Below the pieces are notes generated by a model, which saw nothing but the letters and a program-made list of their open reading frames with translations, was not told the origin of the DNA and ran no database searches. From Nemertoderma westbladi (taxonomy: Eukaryota > Animalia > Xenacoelomorpha): a stretch of 47,720 bases of DNA. The stretch spans positions 1 through 47,720 of the forward strand of contig JAUCBJ010000702.1 of NCBI GenBank assembly GCA_032718475.1, in the 5' to 3' direction. Of the stretch, positions 35,000 to 47,335 are shown in pieces; within the stretch, counting starts at the first letter, position 1, and each line of letters opens with the position of its first letter. A program made the position numbers and the translations under genes.

Positions 35000-37626
35000 A
35001 GAGGTGAGGTCTCTATAGGGGTGCCAACAACAGGCGGCGGCGGACTCGTGAGAGTCCGGGGGCACGTTAAAATGGGGCGATAAGTGCAAGGGAGATACTG
35101 AAGGCCCTCGTGTCTAGCGAACCATGAATTGACATGGTGCCGTGGCACCGTCTAGTCGGCCTGTTGCCGTACTGCCAGTCCTGTACACAGTAGGGGTGGT
35201 GGCATAGTGTGATCTGTGGTTTGTGTGTGAACGATCAGTGGCAGTTCGCTAGAGCTTTCTGTTGCTGTGGGTACGTGGTATATGTGAGTGTATGTATGGC
35301 CACTGCGAGTGAGTATGGGAACCCTTGCCGGTTGGTTTAGTCGCCGCTGGTATTAGTAGGACCATATCTTTACTGCGCCCCAGCATACTTTGTGCACACA
35401 AAGTTATTTTGCCCTGACGGCAAAATAAGGTACTCTCCGACTCTTTTATTAGTCGATACAATTTTGTCCCCTCTGATTTTGTTACCGATTTTGTCTTTCC
35501 CGATTATGTCATCTGTGTGTGCATGGTATGTGTCCGATTTTGTGTTTACCTTTTGTGTACTTGATTATCGAACATCTGTTGAGTACACGTGTACAGTGAT
35601 TGGTAAGTGGTGACTTGTTCAGTAGCTTTTTAGCTACAGACAGTATTGCCTTTTCAAATACTGCCAGCGAGGCGGGTGAAAACGGTCAATATTCCAAGTT
35701 GGGTAGCGCAAGCCCACTTGGGACAAGACCGTCGGTTTGGCTCAAGGGCGACCTTGATGCTCGATCGCTATCGACTGGTCCACCCGCTGGTTGACTCTTT
35801 GAGTTGGCTCAATGTACAGTCAGGCCACAGTAAGTTAACAGTAGGCGATCGTATGTGTGCTTGGATCGGCTACACCGACGAGCTGTGCCGGTGTGATCGG
35901 GGGATTGAAAATTGAACCCGGGAAGCATTGGGCTACCCTCCGGCCCAGTCTGATAAAAACGGAGTCGGACTGGCCCCAAGGGTGGTGGGACAGCGTCCGC
36001 CTCATGGGTGCGCCTCGGAGTCATCAGAGAGGAGCCCAGAAGGACGCAAGCGCGTTTATGTTTACTGGAAAGAGACAGAGAACTCTCCGGAAACTATGGA
36101 AGGCAAGACACTCTTCCCACGACCACCTCCCTAATTCCTCGAACATCTAGGGACTCCCCCACGTAATACGTCTGGAGTGGGTGTATGACTATATTGTTTT
36201 ATCTATTTTGTTATATTTTTATATGCGAACTTTATTATGTACTTTATTATAATCGTTTTTATTCAATTTTATTTAGTAGAATGTTATTTTAGTATTATTT
36301 AGTAGATTAGTGCAATATATTAGTGTTTATTACGTACGTAATTACTTATAATATATTTAATATGACGGCGAGAAATAACTCTTTCTTTTTCCTTACTGTC
36401 TGTATTATATTATAAATACGAGACTACATGTAAGATGACATGTCAGTACTTATTAAAGTACAATAAAGCTCCTACTATATTTAAGTATTATTGGTAGGCA
36501 GAGTATTAGGAATGCAAAGTTCAGATCCTCGTGTCTCTGCTAAACCAAGCTCTGGGTAGACCTTGGAAACGACTTGCCTCTTCACACTGACATTGCTTCG
36601 TGCGATATTGCTCTTCTACTTTATATTAAATAATACATATAGTAGCGTGATGTCCCTATAACAGTAGCGTAAAACGCAAATAAATCTGTTAAACCTTTTG
36701 ACCATCTGTAATTTTAGTCGATTAAGATATCGCGGCACCCACCGATATACTTAAAAGACAAATTCTAGAAACAGTGGTTAACGTCCCCAGGCAAGCTCTG
36801 GAATCAAATTGTGTCAATTTTAACATCAAATAATAAAATTCACGGGAATAAATTTAAATTCATGTTTTTAAATGAATTTCATAAATTGTCATTTTGTACA
36901 ATTTATAACATTCCCAAAATTCCATTAATTAATAGATCATGGGAGCGGAGATTCATCCTATTGAGTGTATTAGAGTGCGAGAATCTCCAACATATAGTCA
37001 ATAGCCGATAAAATTAACAAAATCATGCATAAAGAGGATATTGACAACTAAAGAATTATTATTAAATAGCATCCCAGATCTGTATGCATGAGAATTACCC
37101 TAATTCTACCGCTAGCATTCCATAATGTCACCATAGCAACACCCACGCTAGAATTAGAAGCAAGTTAAAAGAACAATAGAAAGCTTGTCACATTGCATAG
37201 CATAGAGAATACATAGCACACTGTTAGTATCCAAGGATACACAGTAATAACGTGACATTCTGGAAGGCACTGACTAACGGACAAATGGCCTGTATGTGTA
37301 CAATTGGTGACAGTTGTGTGGAATTTGTGCGTTTGTAGGTGAATGTTACTGCTAAGGTGTGTTTACAGTAGCTAGTCGCAATTGTGAAAGTAGCCCAACT
37401 CTCCTATAGAAAGAACCTAAAGTGGATTCAAGCCTTTGGGACGGACAGTGGAGTGACTTGTGCCGGTTATCGTTGTCGTGCGGTTGCTACATGTTGGCGT
37501 AAACACCTCGACGACGGTACACCGGCGCTGAGAATCCCACTGTCCGGGGGCAAAGAAAGGTAGGCAGCGACGCCCGCTCGCCTAAACATAAACTCATTTC
37601 GATATTAATAAACTCAGATAGCAGAT

Positions 37627-39126
37627 ATGACGGAGTTGATAGAAGATGATCTTGGTATCAGGGAGCGATATACTCTACCTTTACAAGCATTTGTGGATAG
37701 CTTGATATGCGGTGAAGCCGATCCAACCATTACGGAGGACGATGGTCGTTATATCGAACCGCCGATGTCCCAAGAGCAACTTACGCGTGAATTGGACTAT
37801 CGAAAATTCACCGCTCGCTATACGCATCGTAATGGTACGTATATGGACTTCCTAACTACCGGCCATCCTATCGATTTACATGATACGGACGATGTAGACA
37901 CCGAAAGGGAAATGGTTCTATTTAAATATCATACCCAGCGGAGTCGTAACGATAAACCGAGAATAGATCACGAAAATTCTATTCGTAACAGACTGGGAAG
38001 ACGAACCAATATGCCTAGAATCTGAGGAGATTCAGCCTATCGCGCCCGGAACAGCGACAACGATTACATCCTAGAATGGTATCAAGGTCCACAGTGTCTC
38101 ACTGCGTACAATTATCGCCATGCCAACTATGTTTCTCGGCAACGTTGTCGGTTATGCGCATCGAGAGACCATGTTACGCCCATGGACACAAACGTCTGCT
38201 GTTCCTATTTCCACGAACAACCGGCGATGGAAATTTATTGCGCGTATTGCAGATTTAATAATTTGCACATTTTTGCGGTTTGCCCTCAATTTATGACTCA
38301 ATGTCACCATTGTCAACTAAAGGGACATGCTAGTTTCGACTGCCCTTTTAATCACGATTTGGAAAGCGTAGATGAAATGATCACACTGCGTTACATCAGA
38401 GCTTGGGAAGCGAACGCTGATTTACATTGTGATTCGCGCCATCGCTACTATCCCGGACGCGCTTACGAAGGAGTTTATGCGTTCCATCCTTATCTATTCG
38501 CTTCTGTTGAACAGAAATCACGCATATCGAGTTACGAGCTACTGAAGCGCGTCGGAGAATGTATTTCAACTAAATTTGTACGCAAATTTCTCAGGAGTGT
38601 TAATCCTAGCGACCTTCATTCCTATAACTTAATCAATTATATCCGTCAGGATCCGGACTATGGAGACTTGTTTGTTAACTCACACCCCGAGTTGCAGGAA
38701 GTACATCGACGGCCTTACGAATACCGAGCCTGCGAACGCGAGTTGGAAAGGACCATTAAATCCCGGAAGTTTCTAACTGCCTATGGTCCACCCACGGCCC
38801 TCGTTCAGACCACTCGTAAAGGACCCGTAAGAGCGGCTGTCTTGAAACGAGCTCTCAAAGCCGTTAGACCCCTCTCACCTGACGTTGATGTCAATCAACC
38901 CGGTACTTCGACTGGCGGATACACCGACCATAATCCTACCCCTCTGATGCAATCATATTGCACCCTTCACCCAGGAGTTATAGCCCTCATTGTAAAGTGG
39001 CTCACCCCAAAGAGAAAAGGACTCTTGCTAGCTTTAAAAAACTGCGTAAACGCCGTCCGCGCAAGAAAGACTAACTGTTTAGAGTATTTACGTATATTAG
39101 AAACTGTGATTTTGTATATTTTATAG
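37627..39126 (+). CDS. Extra BEL ORF3 (499 codons, one internal TGA at 38023-38025) encoding a multi-zinc-knuckle protein
   Basis: ORFs 37627-38025 and 38182-39126 are in one frame and the gap reads open (GDSAYRARNSDND...CRLCASRDH). Knuckles CAYCRFNNLHIFAVC and CHHCQLKGHASFDC. Stop lies 26 nt before the 3' LTR. Confidence 0.78.
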
Positions 39127-39144
39127 ATGCAAATCCCATTTTCT

Positions 39145-39152
39145 GGGAGCGG
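39145..39152 (+). promoter_or_regulatory. Short polypurine tract (GGGAGCGG)
   Basis: Purine-rich run directly before the 3' LTR TGT. Confidence 0.6.
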
Positions 39153-40425
39153 TGTAAAAGCTTCTGTGGGATATAACTGGCCCCTTTGCTTCGCAATCCA
39201 GTTTCCCCCCAGGCGCTGGAATACTCTAAAAAGGTTCTCTAACTGTATATATATTCCCCTCGCCCTCAAGGTACCGTTACAGGTGTTTTAACGGACATAA
39301 AAGTCATTCTGCTATATACGTGTTTTAGCGGACATGGTAAGGCAAAAAACCTGCAATGCGACAAATACCTTTCATAGCTTAGCCGTGATGATTCATATTA
39401 CGACATCTAACAGCTGGTTGCTGACATGGAAACAGCCATTGGACGCATGGTTCTTTGTTTGGCTTGAGCCAATCAGAGCGATTTTTCCTGTCGACGTGTA
39501 GCTTTTCGGTCGATCATAAGGAGAGTGTTCAGTCTTACTGTTTTTTCTTGATACTTTGTTGTTATTGCTGTCTAGGCCAGGAACAACGGCTCTAGAATCA
39601 ATTCGTTTCATACTTTTAGAAGAAACATTAGTAGGCTAAAATTATAGAGCGTATGACTGTTATCAGTCAGTTCAGTTCAGTTCTTAACAACTCACATATC
39701 GGTACATATCAGTTTATATCATATCTTAACTTACCGTCTTAATGCTGTTTACTATTGTGTTTTGGTTGAATATCATTTGGAGAACATATATAAAGAACCC
39801 AAATTTCCCAATTTTCTTGATACACTACAGGTTAGAGAGACGGGTTATATATAGCGATTGCGACTTATATTGTTGTGGTTTGTAGTGAATTTAATGCTAT
39901 TTGATAAGCACTACAGTGGTCCGTTGCTATTCCCTTTATATATGATAAAATTCATTGACGGTCGGCAAATTAGTGAGCAGTATTGTGTGTTACCGGTAGT
40001 GTGCATGATTGTGACTGATAACTAAGCATTTCCTAAAGAATGCGCCTCATACGTGAATCTTAAGCTTTACCGACTTACCGTTGTGATTAGTGTAAATCAT
40101 ATCTCTGTTTACTTAGATAGAGCGCCACGTCCTAAAGGAACTGTTAATATTTCCCGAAAGTGAATAATATTAGTCAGAAATTAATTATTAACGATCAATC
40201 GAATAATACAATACAGTAAGCTTCACTGCAATAATAATTTAAGCCCTCAGAATCCAGTCTCCCGGGAATATCCAGCGGGTGAATGGACGCGCACTAGGCT
40301 GGCTTCTGCTAATGTTGTGTTTATTGGTATTAAATATTTGTCTTCTTCTAAAGTATATTTATAAACCAAAAGACATATAAATTTTGGCAGGTTAAACTGC
40401 TAAAGGTCTTCCAAAAGCGCGTACA
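39153..40425 (+). repeat. 3' LTR
   Basis: 1273 bp; four transitions versus the 5' LTR seen by eye. Confidence 0.97.
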
Positions 40426-40584
40426 GAACGCTTTGCTGGTTGTTGTGAACAACATGAATCTTTACCCGTTTTTTACTGTAACCACTTTTTCTTACTTTTA
40501 TAATAGCATGTCACTGTAAGCTGTTTGGATGTCGGCTGAAGGTGTAGCCTTTCATCCACCTCTTGATTTATATTTGTATTTCAG

Positions 40585-40777
40585 GACCTCGGGTGGAGGG
40601 GAGGCGTACATGGCTCTTTACGACTTCAATGCCTCTGACCCTGACGATATGTCAGTACAGAAGGACGAGATTGTCATAGTAGAAGAACGTTTGGCTGAGG
40701 AGGAAGACCAATGGTGGGTCGCGAGGTCCCTGGATGGAACCCGGAAGGGCCAAGTGCCTGCTAATTACTTCAGAAAA
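40585..40777 (+). CDS. crk: Crk-family adaptor exon 4 (N-terminal SH3)
   Basis: ALYDF...DDMSVQKDE...QWWVARS...GQVPANY. gtatttcAG acceptor, phase 2 to 0. Confidence 0.9.
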
Positions 40778-41218
40778 GTTGGTTTTATTGAATTATTTTT
40801 AAATTAGTATAATTACTATATACACGGCAGTTTACGTATTTCACGGTGAATAAAGTCCATAGTATACTCTGCACTGAATTTAAGTTAAATATCCAATCCA
40901 TACTAATTTAAAAACTAATTGATTACATAAATAATTAATTAATTGCTTATTTCCAATATTGACCATTATATTTCTTTATTACAACAATGCGTTGTGTGTT
41001 AAAATTAAATTAAAATTAATTATTATAAAAGTCATTAAATTAAAAAATAAATATATTCTGCTTATTTCCAATATTAATAAAATAAAATTAAATATATTAA
41101 ATAAAATTAAATATATTTTTATATTTTATTTTATTCCAATTTGGATAATTAGTAATAAAATAATTTTATTTCTCGCCATTATTTTTAATTTTTTTTATTG
41201 TATTTATAATTTTCCTAG

Positions 41219-41287
41219 GTTGATATAACACCCGCTCCAATTGGACCACCAAAGAATCCTCGCACCAGTCGCCCCCCATCGAACGCA
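41219..41287 (+). CDS. crk: Crk-family adaptor exon 5 (Pro-rich inter-SH3 linker VDITPAPIGPPKNPRTSRPPSNA)
   Basis: ttttcctAG acceptor, GTAAGT donor, 69 nt, phase 0/0. Confidence 0.72.
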
Positions 41288-41696
41288 GTAAGTCCCCATA
41301 CAACCGAAGTTCCGTGTTAAATAGACTCCGTCGCCATCGTTATGTGTTTTTGGTAAATCCTTACCCCTTAGGGGCGGATACTCTCTCACCGACAGCGCAA
41401 CAGCCCCTACAGACATTACTGGCTGTCTGAGTCTTTTGTGCTGTCTGTAAAATCTTAAAAGTTTTAATAAACTGTATAGGAGCAGCAAAGCCAAGAGATG
41501 ATCTTACAAGATCGCAGCTGATTTTTACACTACTACTGTAGTAACCAGATTTTATCAATACCTACCGTTACTTATCGAATTATCTTGATTGACTGAATAA
41601 ATAGGCCTATAGGGCCTACTGTAACAATTGTTATTGACATGCTTACAACAATTCATACTGTAGTTATTAAATGTTTATTTTCTTTTGTTTTTGCAG

Positions 41697-41795
41697 TCGG
41701 AGCCCAGAGTTAGAACACAAAATACACCATTCTGGGCGAAAGTTATTAAGCCTCGGGTTGCTACTCCATACGATAAAACTGCGCTCTCGTTAGAG
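41697..41795 (+). CDS. crk: Crk-family adaptor exon 6 (N-half of C-terminal SH3)
   Basis: PFWAKVIKPRVATPYDKTALSLE matches the Crk-diagnostic [23 protein letters not shown]. Canonical splice sites, phase 0/0. Confidence 0.92.
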
Positions 41796-42219
41796 GTAAT
41801 TAATTAAAAACCCCTAAATTCTCAATTTCTCTATTTTTTTCACACTAATGACCATTTTGACTATGACTTTTAATGTCTATGCGAATAGTGTATTGGGTGC
41901 CGTTACCACCAAAATAAGTCAGAATAGAGAAATTGAAGCCTGAAAACGGAAGCCAGAAAACGGAAGTCAGAAAAAAGAAATTGAAGACAGAAAAAATATT
42001 TGAATGTCAGAAAAAAATGAAAGTGAGAAAATACAGTAGAAGTAAGAAAATGGAAGTCAGTAAAAATGTCAGAAAATGGAAGTTAAGTAAGAAAACGCCA
42101 CGAATAGAATGCCACCCCAAATTAGATGATTTAACACCAAAATAAATTATTTTGCACCAAATATATTTTTTTGTAGCACCAATTCGCATCGCCTAATTTT
42201 GAATATCCTTCTCACCATA

Positions 42220-42645
42220 AACAATATTCATCCCCCAAAAACAATTATTCATCCACCAAAAATAATTATTGATTCCCCAAAAACAATTATTCATCCCCCA
42301 AAACAATTATTCATCCCCCCAAAACAATTATTCATCCCGCAAAAACAATTATTCTACCCCCAAAAACAATTATTCAACCCCCAAAAACAATTATTCATCC
42401 CCCAAAAATAATTATTCATCCCCCAAAACAATTATTCATCCCGCAAAAACAATTATTCTACCCCCAAAAACAATTATTCAACCCCCAAAAACAATTATTC
42501 ATCCCCCAAAAATAATTATTCAACCCCCAAAACAATTATTCATCCCGCAAAAACAATTATTCTACCCCCAAAAACAATTATTCAACCCCCAAAGACAATT
42601 ATTCATCCCCCAAAAATAATTATTCATCCCCCAAAAATAATTACT
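42220..42645. repeat. 21/22-bp minisatellite (AAAACAATTATTCATCCCCCA)
   Basis: About 20 copies seen directly. Confidence 0.92.
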
Positions 42646-42904
42646 TGTCAACCTAAAAAAATTATTCCAGCTCCAAATACTGTATTTACATGGGCCAAAT
42701 ACTGTATTTTATATTAACTACGCTTTGGTCAGTTGCCATGCATCAGTTACAGTATTCGTATACCGATAGGCCTAGGGTATTGCCTTCAGAACAACGTATA
42801 CTGTTATTAGGTTTCGTACCGATATACCTACAGTATTAGGCCTACTTCAGTTTCAGTATTCGTACCGATAGGCCTATTGCCTATCTATTATTGCGGATAC
42901 TGTA

Positions 42905-43767
42905 GTTCTTTTTACAGAACACTAGCGAACACATAAGAACACACCCGAACACACTCCAAAAACTGCCGAACACAATCGAACACAGTCGAAAATAGAAAGA
43001 GCATAAAAAAATAACACCGGCTACAAACTTTTAGTTAAAATTAGCCACGCGTTGCTTTTCTACAGTTTAAGAAAATTCCCGAAATTATTGAATAAAATTG
43101 TCGCGAAATTAAATATTATTCATTATCAGGTATGTAGGCCTATCATTTGTTAGTTGTGTTCTGCTGTACTCAGTATAACAAACTATGTAGGGAAGCCTAC
43201 CGGGTACCGAACCTGTCACATATATAGTAACAACGGGTTAGCTAATAGGCCTGTTCACCTGTGTACTGGAATAGCTTGGTCTGAGACTGATTGCTGATGA
43301 TATGAATTAGGAAGTTAGGCTCGTTACCGTACTGTACAACGCGTCGGTACAAACATAGGTACCGGTACCGGTACCTACTGTACCTGCCTACTGCTGCACT
43401 GGCATGTAAAGAGCTGGGTCCCGGTTAGGTACCTACCCTGGCAGGTACCGGTAAGGATCTCTGTCCCGGTGCTAACCACACTTAACTTAGGCCTACTACT
43501 ACTGTACTTTGTTAAATTATGAGTTGTCGGCTTAGCCTAGGCCTGACTGATAAGAAATGAATATTTAATTTCGCGGCAATTTTATTCAATAATTTCAGGA
43601 ATTTTCTTATAGAAAAGCAACGCGTTGGCTAATTTTATCTAAAAGTTGGTACCCCGTGTTATTTTTTGTGCACTTTCTATTTTCGACTGTGTTCGATTGT
43701 GTTCGGCAGTTTTTGGAGTGTGTTCGGGTGTGTTCTACTGTGTTCGCTTGTGTTCTGTAAAAAGATC
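42905..43767. mobile_element. MITE with ~215-bp terminal inverted repeats, nested in the foldback element
   Basis: TCTTTTTACAGAACAC...CGAAATTAAATATT and AATATTTAATTTCG...GTTCTGTAAAAAGA are reverse complements. Confidence 0.85.
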
Positions 43768-45279
43768 TAGCCTATTATTGCCTATGGCCTATTACTTATT
43801 CTGTTATTAGGTTTCAGTATTACGGCAGTACTGAAGTTTTCAGATAGGAGGGGAGGGGGGGGGGGGGGGTGGGGGAACTGGACGCAATAAAAATTCATCC
43901 CTCTCCAGGGGAAATTCGACGCAAATAACAGATGATTATACTCAAAAATAAAACTGTAAACTGTTCTATTGTGCTTAGTTTATTGTTTTGTATAACGTGC
44001 CACTGTAACCTGCTCCTTTCCCTAAATTGAGAATTTAACATTGAGGCGGGATATTAATTCGCCAAGGCGAGTTTTGCGTCCAGTCCCCCCCCACCCCTGT
44101 CTCGAAGTTTTTATCTAAAATCCAGGAAGTGTTAGGCTTATTGCTGCAGTAGTATTTGTTTTGGGCGAAAATGTATTGTTTTGAGTGATTTGTCATTTAT
44201 TTTGGTGCTAATAATTGGTTTTGAGGATAGTTTATTTATTTTGGCATTGAATAATTTGTTTTGGTGTTGAATAATTGTTTTTGGTGTTGAATAATTGTTT
44301 TGGTGTTGAAAAATTTGTTTTGGTGTTTGAATAATTTTATTTGGAATGACTTTTTCTTATTTGGTGTTGAATAATTTTTTTTGGGTTACATTATTTAATT
44401 TGGTGTAAAATAATTTTTTTTGTTAAATTTTCATCAATTTTGGGATGACTTTAAGTGGTGGCCGTAAGAAAAAAGAATTGAAGGTCAGAAAAAAAAGGAA
44501 GTGAGAAAATACAGTAGAAGTAAGAAAATGGAACCCGGAGAATGGAAGTCAGTAAAAAGAACTGGAAGTGAGAAACTCCAGCACTTTGGGCGTTGCTTGC
44601 ATTGTCCAGCTGAAATGGTTATTTATTTTATGAGTTGTTGGGCAACAACGGTATGCCTATACAATATCAATATATATCAATATTACATAGATATTCATAC
44701 ATAAACAAAATTTTCCAGAACAATGTCGAACTGAAATAGTTAGATAAAAAAAAAGTTCGGAGTTTTTATTAATTATAAAATTATATGTATACTGTATAAT
44801 ATATATAAGGTACGAATTAATCTGCCGTTTGTAAGCTACTGGTACCGTAGCCCTTTTCTATATACTGATATATATAATGTGCAATCATACTGCTGTACTA
44901 CAACAGTATTACAATTGTAATATGTACTGTGTATATACATTTACTACTGTACTGTAGTAGTAGAATAATTATGATTAAGTTGGCCTAAATAAGATATCCC
45001 ACTCCATAGTGAAATATTCATTCGGCCTGGTAGCTCAGTACACTCACCCGGCTGATGATCGAGCCCCAATAGGGCCGGTTGATATTTTTCGCTATGGAGA
45101 GCATTATCATATTGCCCTATTTACATTATATAAATAATTATGATTGCACATTATAGAAAAGGGGCTACGGTACCGGTACAGCTTAAAAACGGCAGACTAA
45201 CCCCCCCCCCCCCCCCCACAGCCCAGTATTATACTGTAGGTTCTAAGGCACTAAATAAACATCAATCTGTAGAAGTAGA

Positions 45280-45711
45280 CAACGGCGTAGCGAGCCCTTC
45301 TGGCGCCCAGGGGAATGAAGCTGAGATAGCCCCCACCCACCCCCCTTCAATAATTTTAACTTTCATTTATAGAGGTTTTTTTTAATATTATAGAACAGAA
45401 TATAATATTAAAAAAAAACATCTAAAAAACAGTTTACTAAAAGTATAAAACTATATCAAATCTATTATACACAAGTTTGATGGAGTGAAATTATAATACT
45501 GTATATTTAATGGCGAGTGAAGCGAGCAGATAAAATTTTTACATTTTTCGCTAATGACACATGTCCTGTATACTGACTGTATCACAATCCCTGAATTTTC
45601 ACTGATTTGTCTTATTTTTACAAGAATACCCTAACATTTGCCTGGCATTTCGGCGCCCCCGGGTGAGTGCGCCCGGGGGAACATTCCCCCCCCCCCCTCG
45701 CTACGCCTCTG
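45280..45711. mobile_element. hAT-type MITE
   Basis: TIRs CAACGGCGTAGCGAG / CTCGCTACGCCTCTG; 8-bp TSD GAAGTAGA (45272-45279 and 45712-45719). Confidence 0.85.
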
Positions 45712-46428
45712 GAAGTAGACCATTTGAGTGTAGCACTGTAGCAAAACTGCTGAAAGGAAATGGAGTGGAGGACGGTTCCTTAGAAAATTACAAGTACAAC
45801 ACCATACAGTAGTACTGGGGGGGGGGGGGGGGGGGGATCTCCCTTTTGTAAGCTGTACCGGTACCGTAGCCCCTTTTCTATAATGTGCAATCATAATTAT
45901 TATTGTTGTACTACAGTAGACAGTATTACAATGTGTTCTTTACAATTATTATGTTCTTATTGTAGTTATTGATAATGAATGACGGGAATTACCCGCCGAA
46001 ATATATTTACTGTAACTGAGATATATATAATTTTATAATTAATTGGGGGGGGGGGGGGGGGGGGGGCTCCGTGTCATCAGAAAATGACACTATATTACGG
46101 CACGGGTCATGAATTGTGTATATGTATTAATAAAGCAATCTCCCCATATACTTCGCAGTTACACTGTGTGATGTTCTAGAACATCATATTAAATGGACCC
46201 ATGACGATTGAGATACTCGTTGTGATGTGCGTGTTACCACACAGTACTGTAAGACTACGACACGACAGCAGGTAGTTGGGATATTAGATTTTTGTATGAG
46301 ATTTAACTTTTCTGAAATTTCAACATATCTTACATATAATACATAGAAACTGGGATGGAATTTGACTGGCTAATTTATTAACTTACTTAGGTTAGGAATC
46401 CCGATTTTCTATTTGTGTTCTTTTTTAG

Positions 46429-46542
46429 GTTGGCGATTTAATAAAAGTAACAAAGAGGACAATGACAGGGCAATGGGAGGGCGAACTTGGAGGGAAACAC
46501 GGACATTTCCCATTCAACTGCATCGAAGCTTTAGAGCCCTGA
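46429..46542 (+). CDS. crk: Crk-family adaptor exon 7 (C-half of C-terminal SH3, stop)
   Basis: [32 protein letters not shown] matches Crk [32 protein letters not shown]. Ends at TGA. Confidence 0.93.
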   Translation, partial: VGDLIKVTKRTMTGQWEGELGGKHGHFPFNCIEALEP

Positions 46543-47198
46543 TCTACTCCTAAACACTCATCAAAATAATGGTTGCCATGGGCGCCAATATAAACTCAAA
46601 TAATAGCGGAGAATTTAAAATGTAGCAGTGTGGTCATAGATAAAGTCACCAGAGACACTATGACGTCACAATATTGCGACGTCACAATATTGCTTGCCTA
46701 TAAAGATGCGCTAATATAAATAATATTTGATGTGTTTATGATAATCTTACAATTTTAACTTTATTATTTTACTCAAGAATTTTTAACACCATTCGTTAAA
46801 TTATTAAAAGAAATATAGATAATACGGAATTATGATTGTATTTTTTACTTATTTGATTGTTGTGATTTAATATATTGAAATTTTATTTAATAAATTAATT
46901 TTTTATTTGATGCAGATGGGCCACCGATTGGACTCTCCCCACAGCTCTAAAATCGATAAAATTGAGTGCAATTTTTTAATTAAATTTTGGAGGTAGATTT
47001 TATTTTTTGATTGGGCCTATGGATATTATTGTAAAGACTGTGGCAAAAATATTTAATTCTTAGCAACGCGACATTTAGACTAGGAGTAGGACTATCATAC
47101 AAAATTAGGCGCGTTGTCTTCCATATGACTAAAGTCAATACCCCTCAGGTGTTCATAATGTGCCGTTTATCTTTGTACTCATCACAATCTTACAGTAG

Positions 47199-47335
47199 CA
47201 GGGGCGTAGCCAGGATTTGTCTAGGGGAGGGGCAAACTTTTGGAATTAAAAATAGTGTGCCTTTTAATATACTGCAGTGTCATAATTCAGTGACCGCGAT
47301 TCACCCCCCCCCCCCCCCCCCCCCCCTCCCCCAAA
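47199..47335. mobile_element. Probable hAT-MITE fragment (one end)
   Basis: CAGGGGCGTAGCCAGGATTT...GGGGAGGGG terminus, similar to the 45280 element. No partner end seen. Confidence 0.45.

Larger units (their letters stand above)
23561..40425 (+). mobile_element. Full-length BEL/Pao LTR retrotransposon (16,865 bp) in Crk intron 3
   Basis: Two 1273-bp TGT...ACA LTRs, 5-bp TSD GAACG (23556-23560 and 40426-40430), gag-PR-RT-RH-IN order with BEL-type motifs. Confidence 0.97.
42096..44463. mobile_element. Mutator/Foldback-like non-autonomous element with modular inverted arms
   Basis: 9-bp TSD GTAAGAAAA (42087-42095 and 44464-44472). Ends CGCCAC/GTGGCC. The left arm's AAAACAATTATTCATCCCCC repeats mirror the right arm's TTTTGGTGTTGAATAATTGT repeats. 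Confidence 0.7.

Noticed and set aside
35249-36150. Short ORFs between pol and ORF3
   Set aside because: All under 100 aa, overlapping, with no recognisable motifs.
37627-39126. ORF3 as env or as a captured nanos
   Set aside because: No signal peptide or clear TM anchor. Cys/His spacing differs from the Nanos CX2CX12HX10C pattern.
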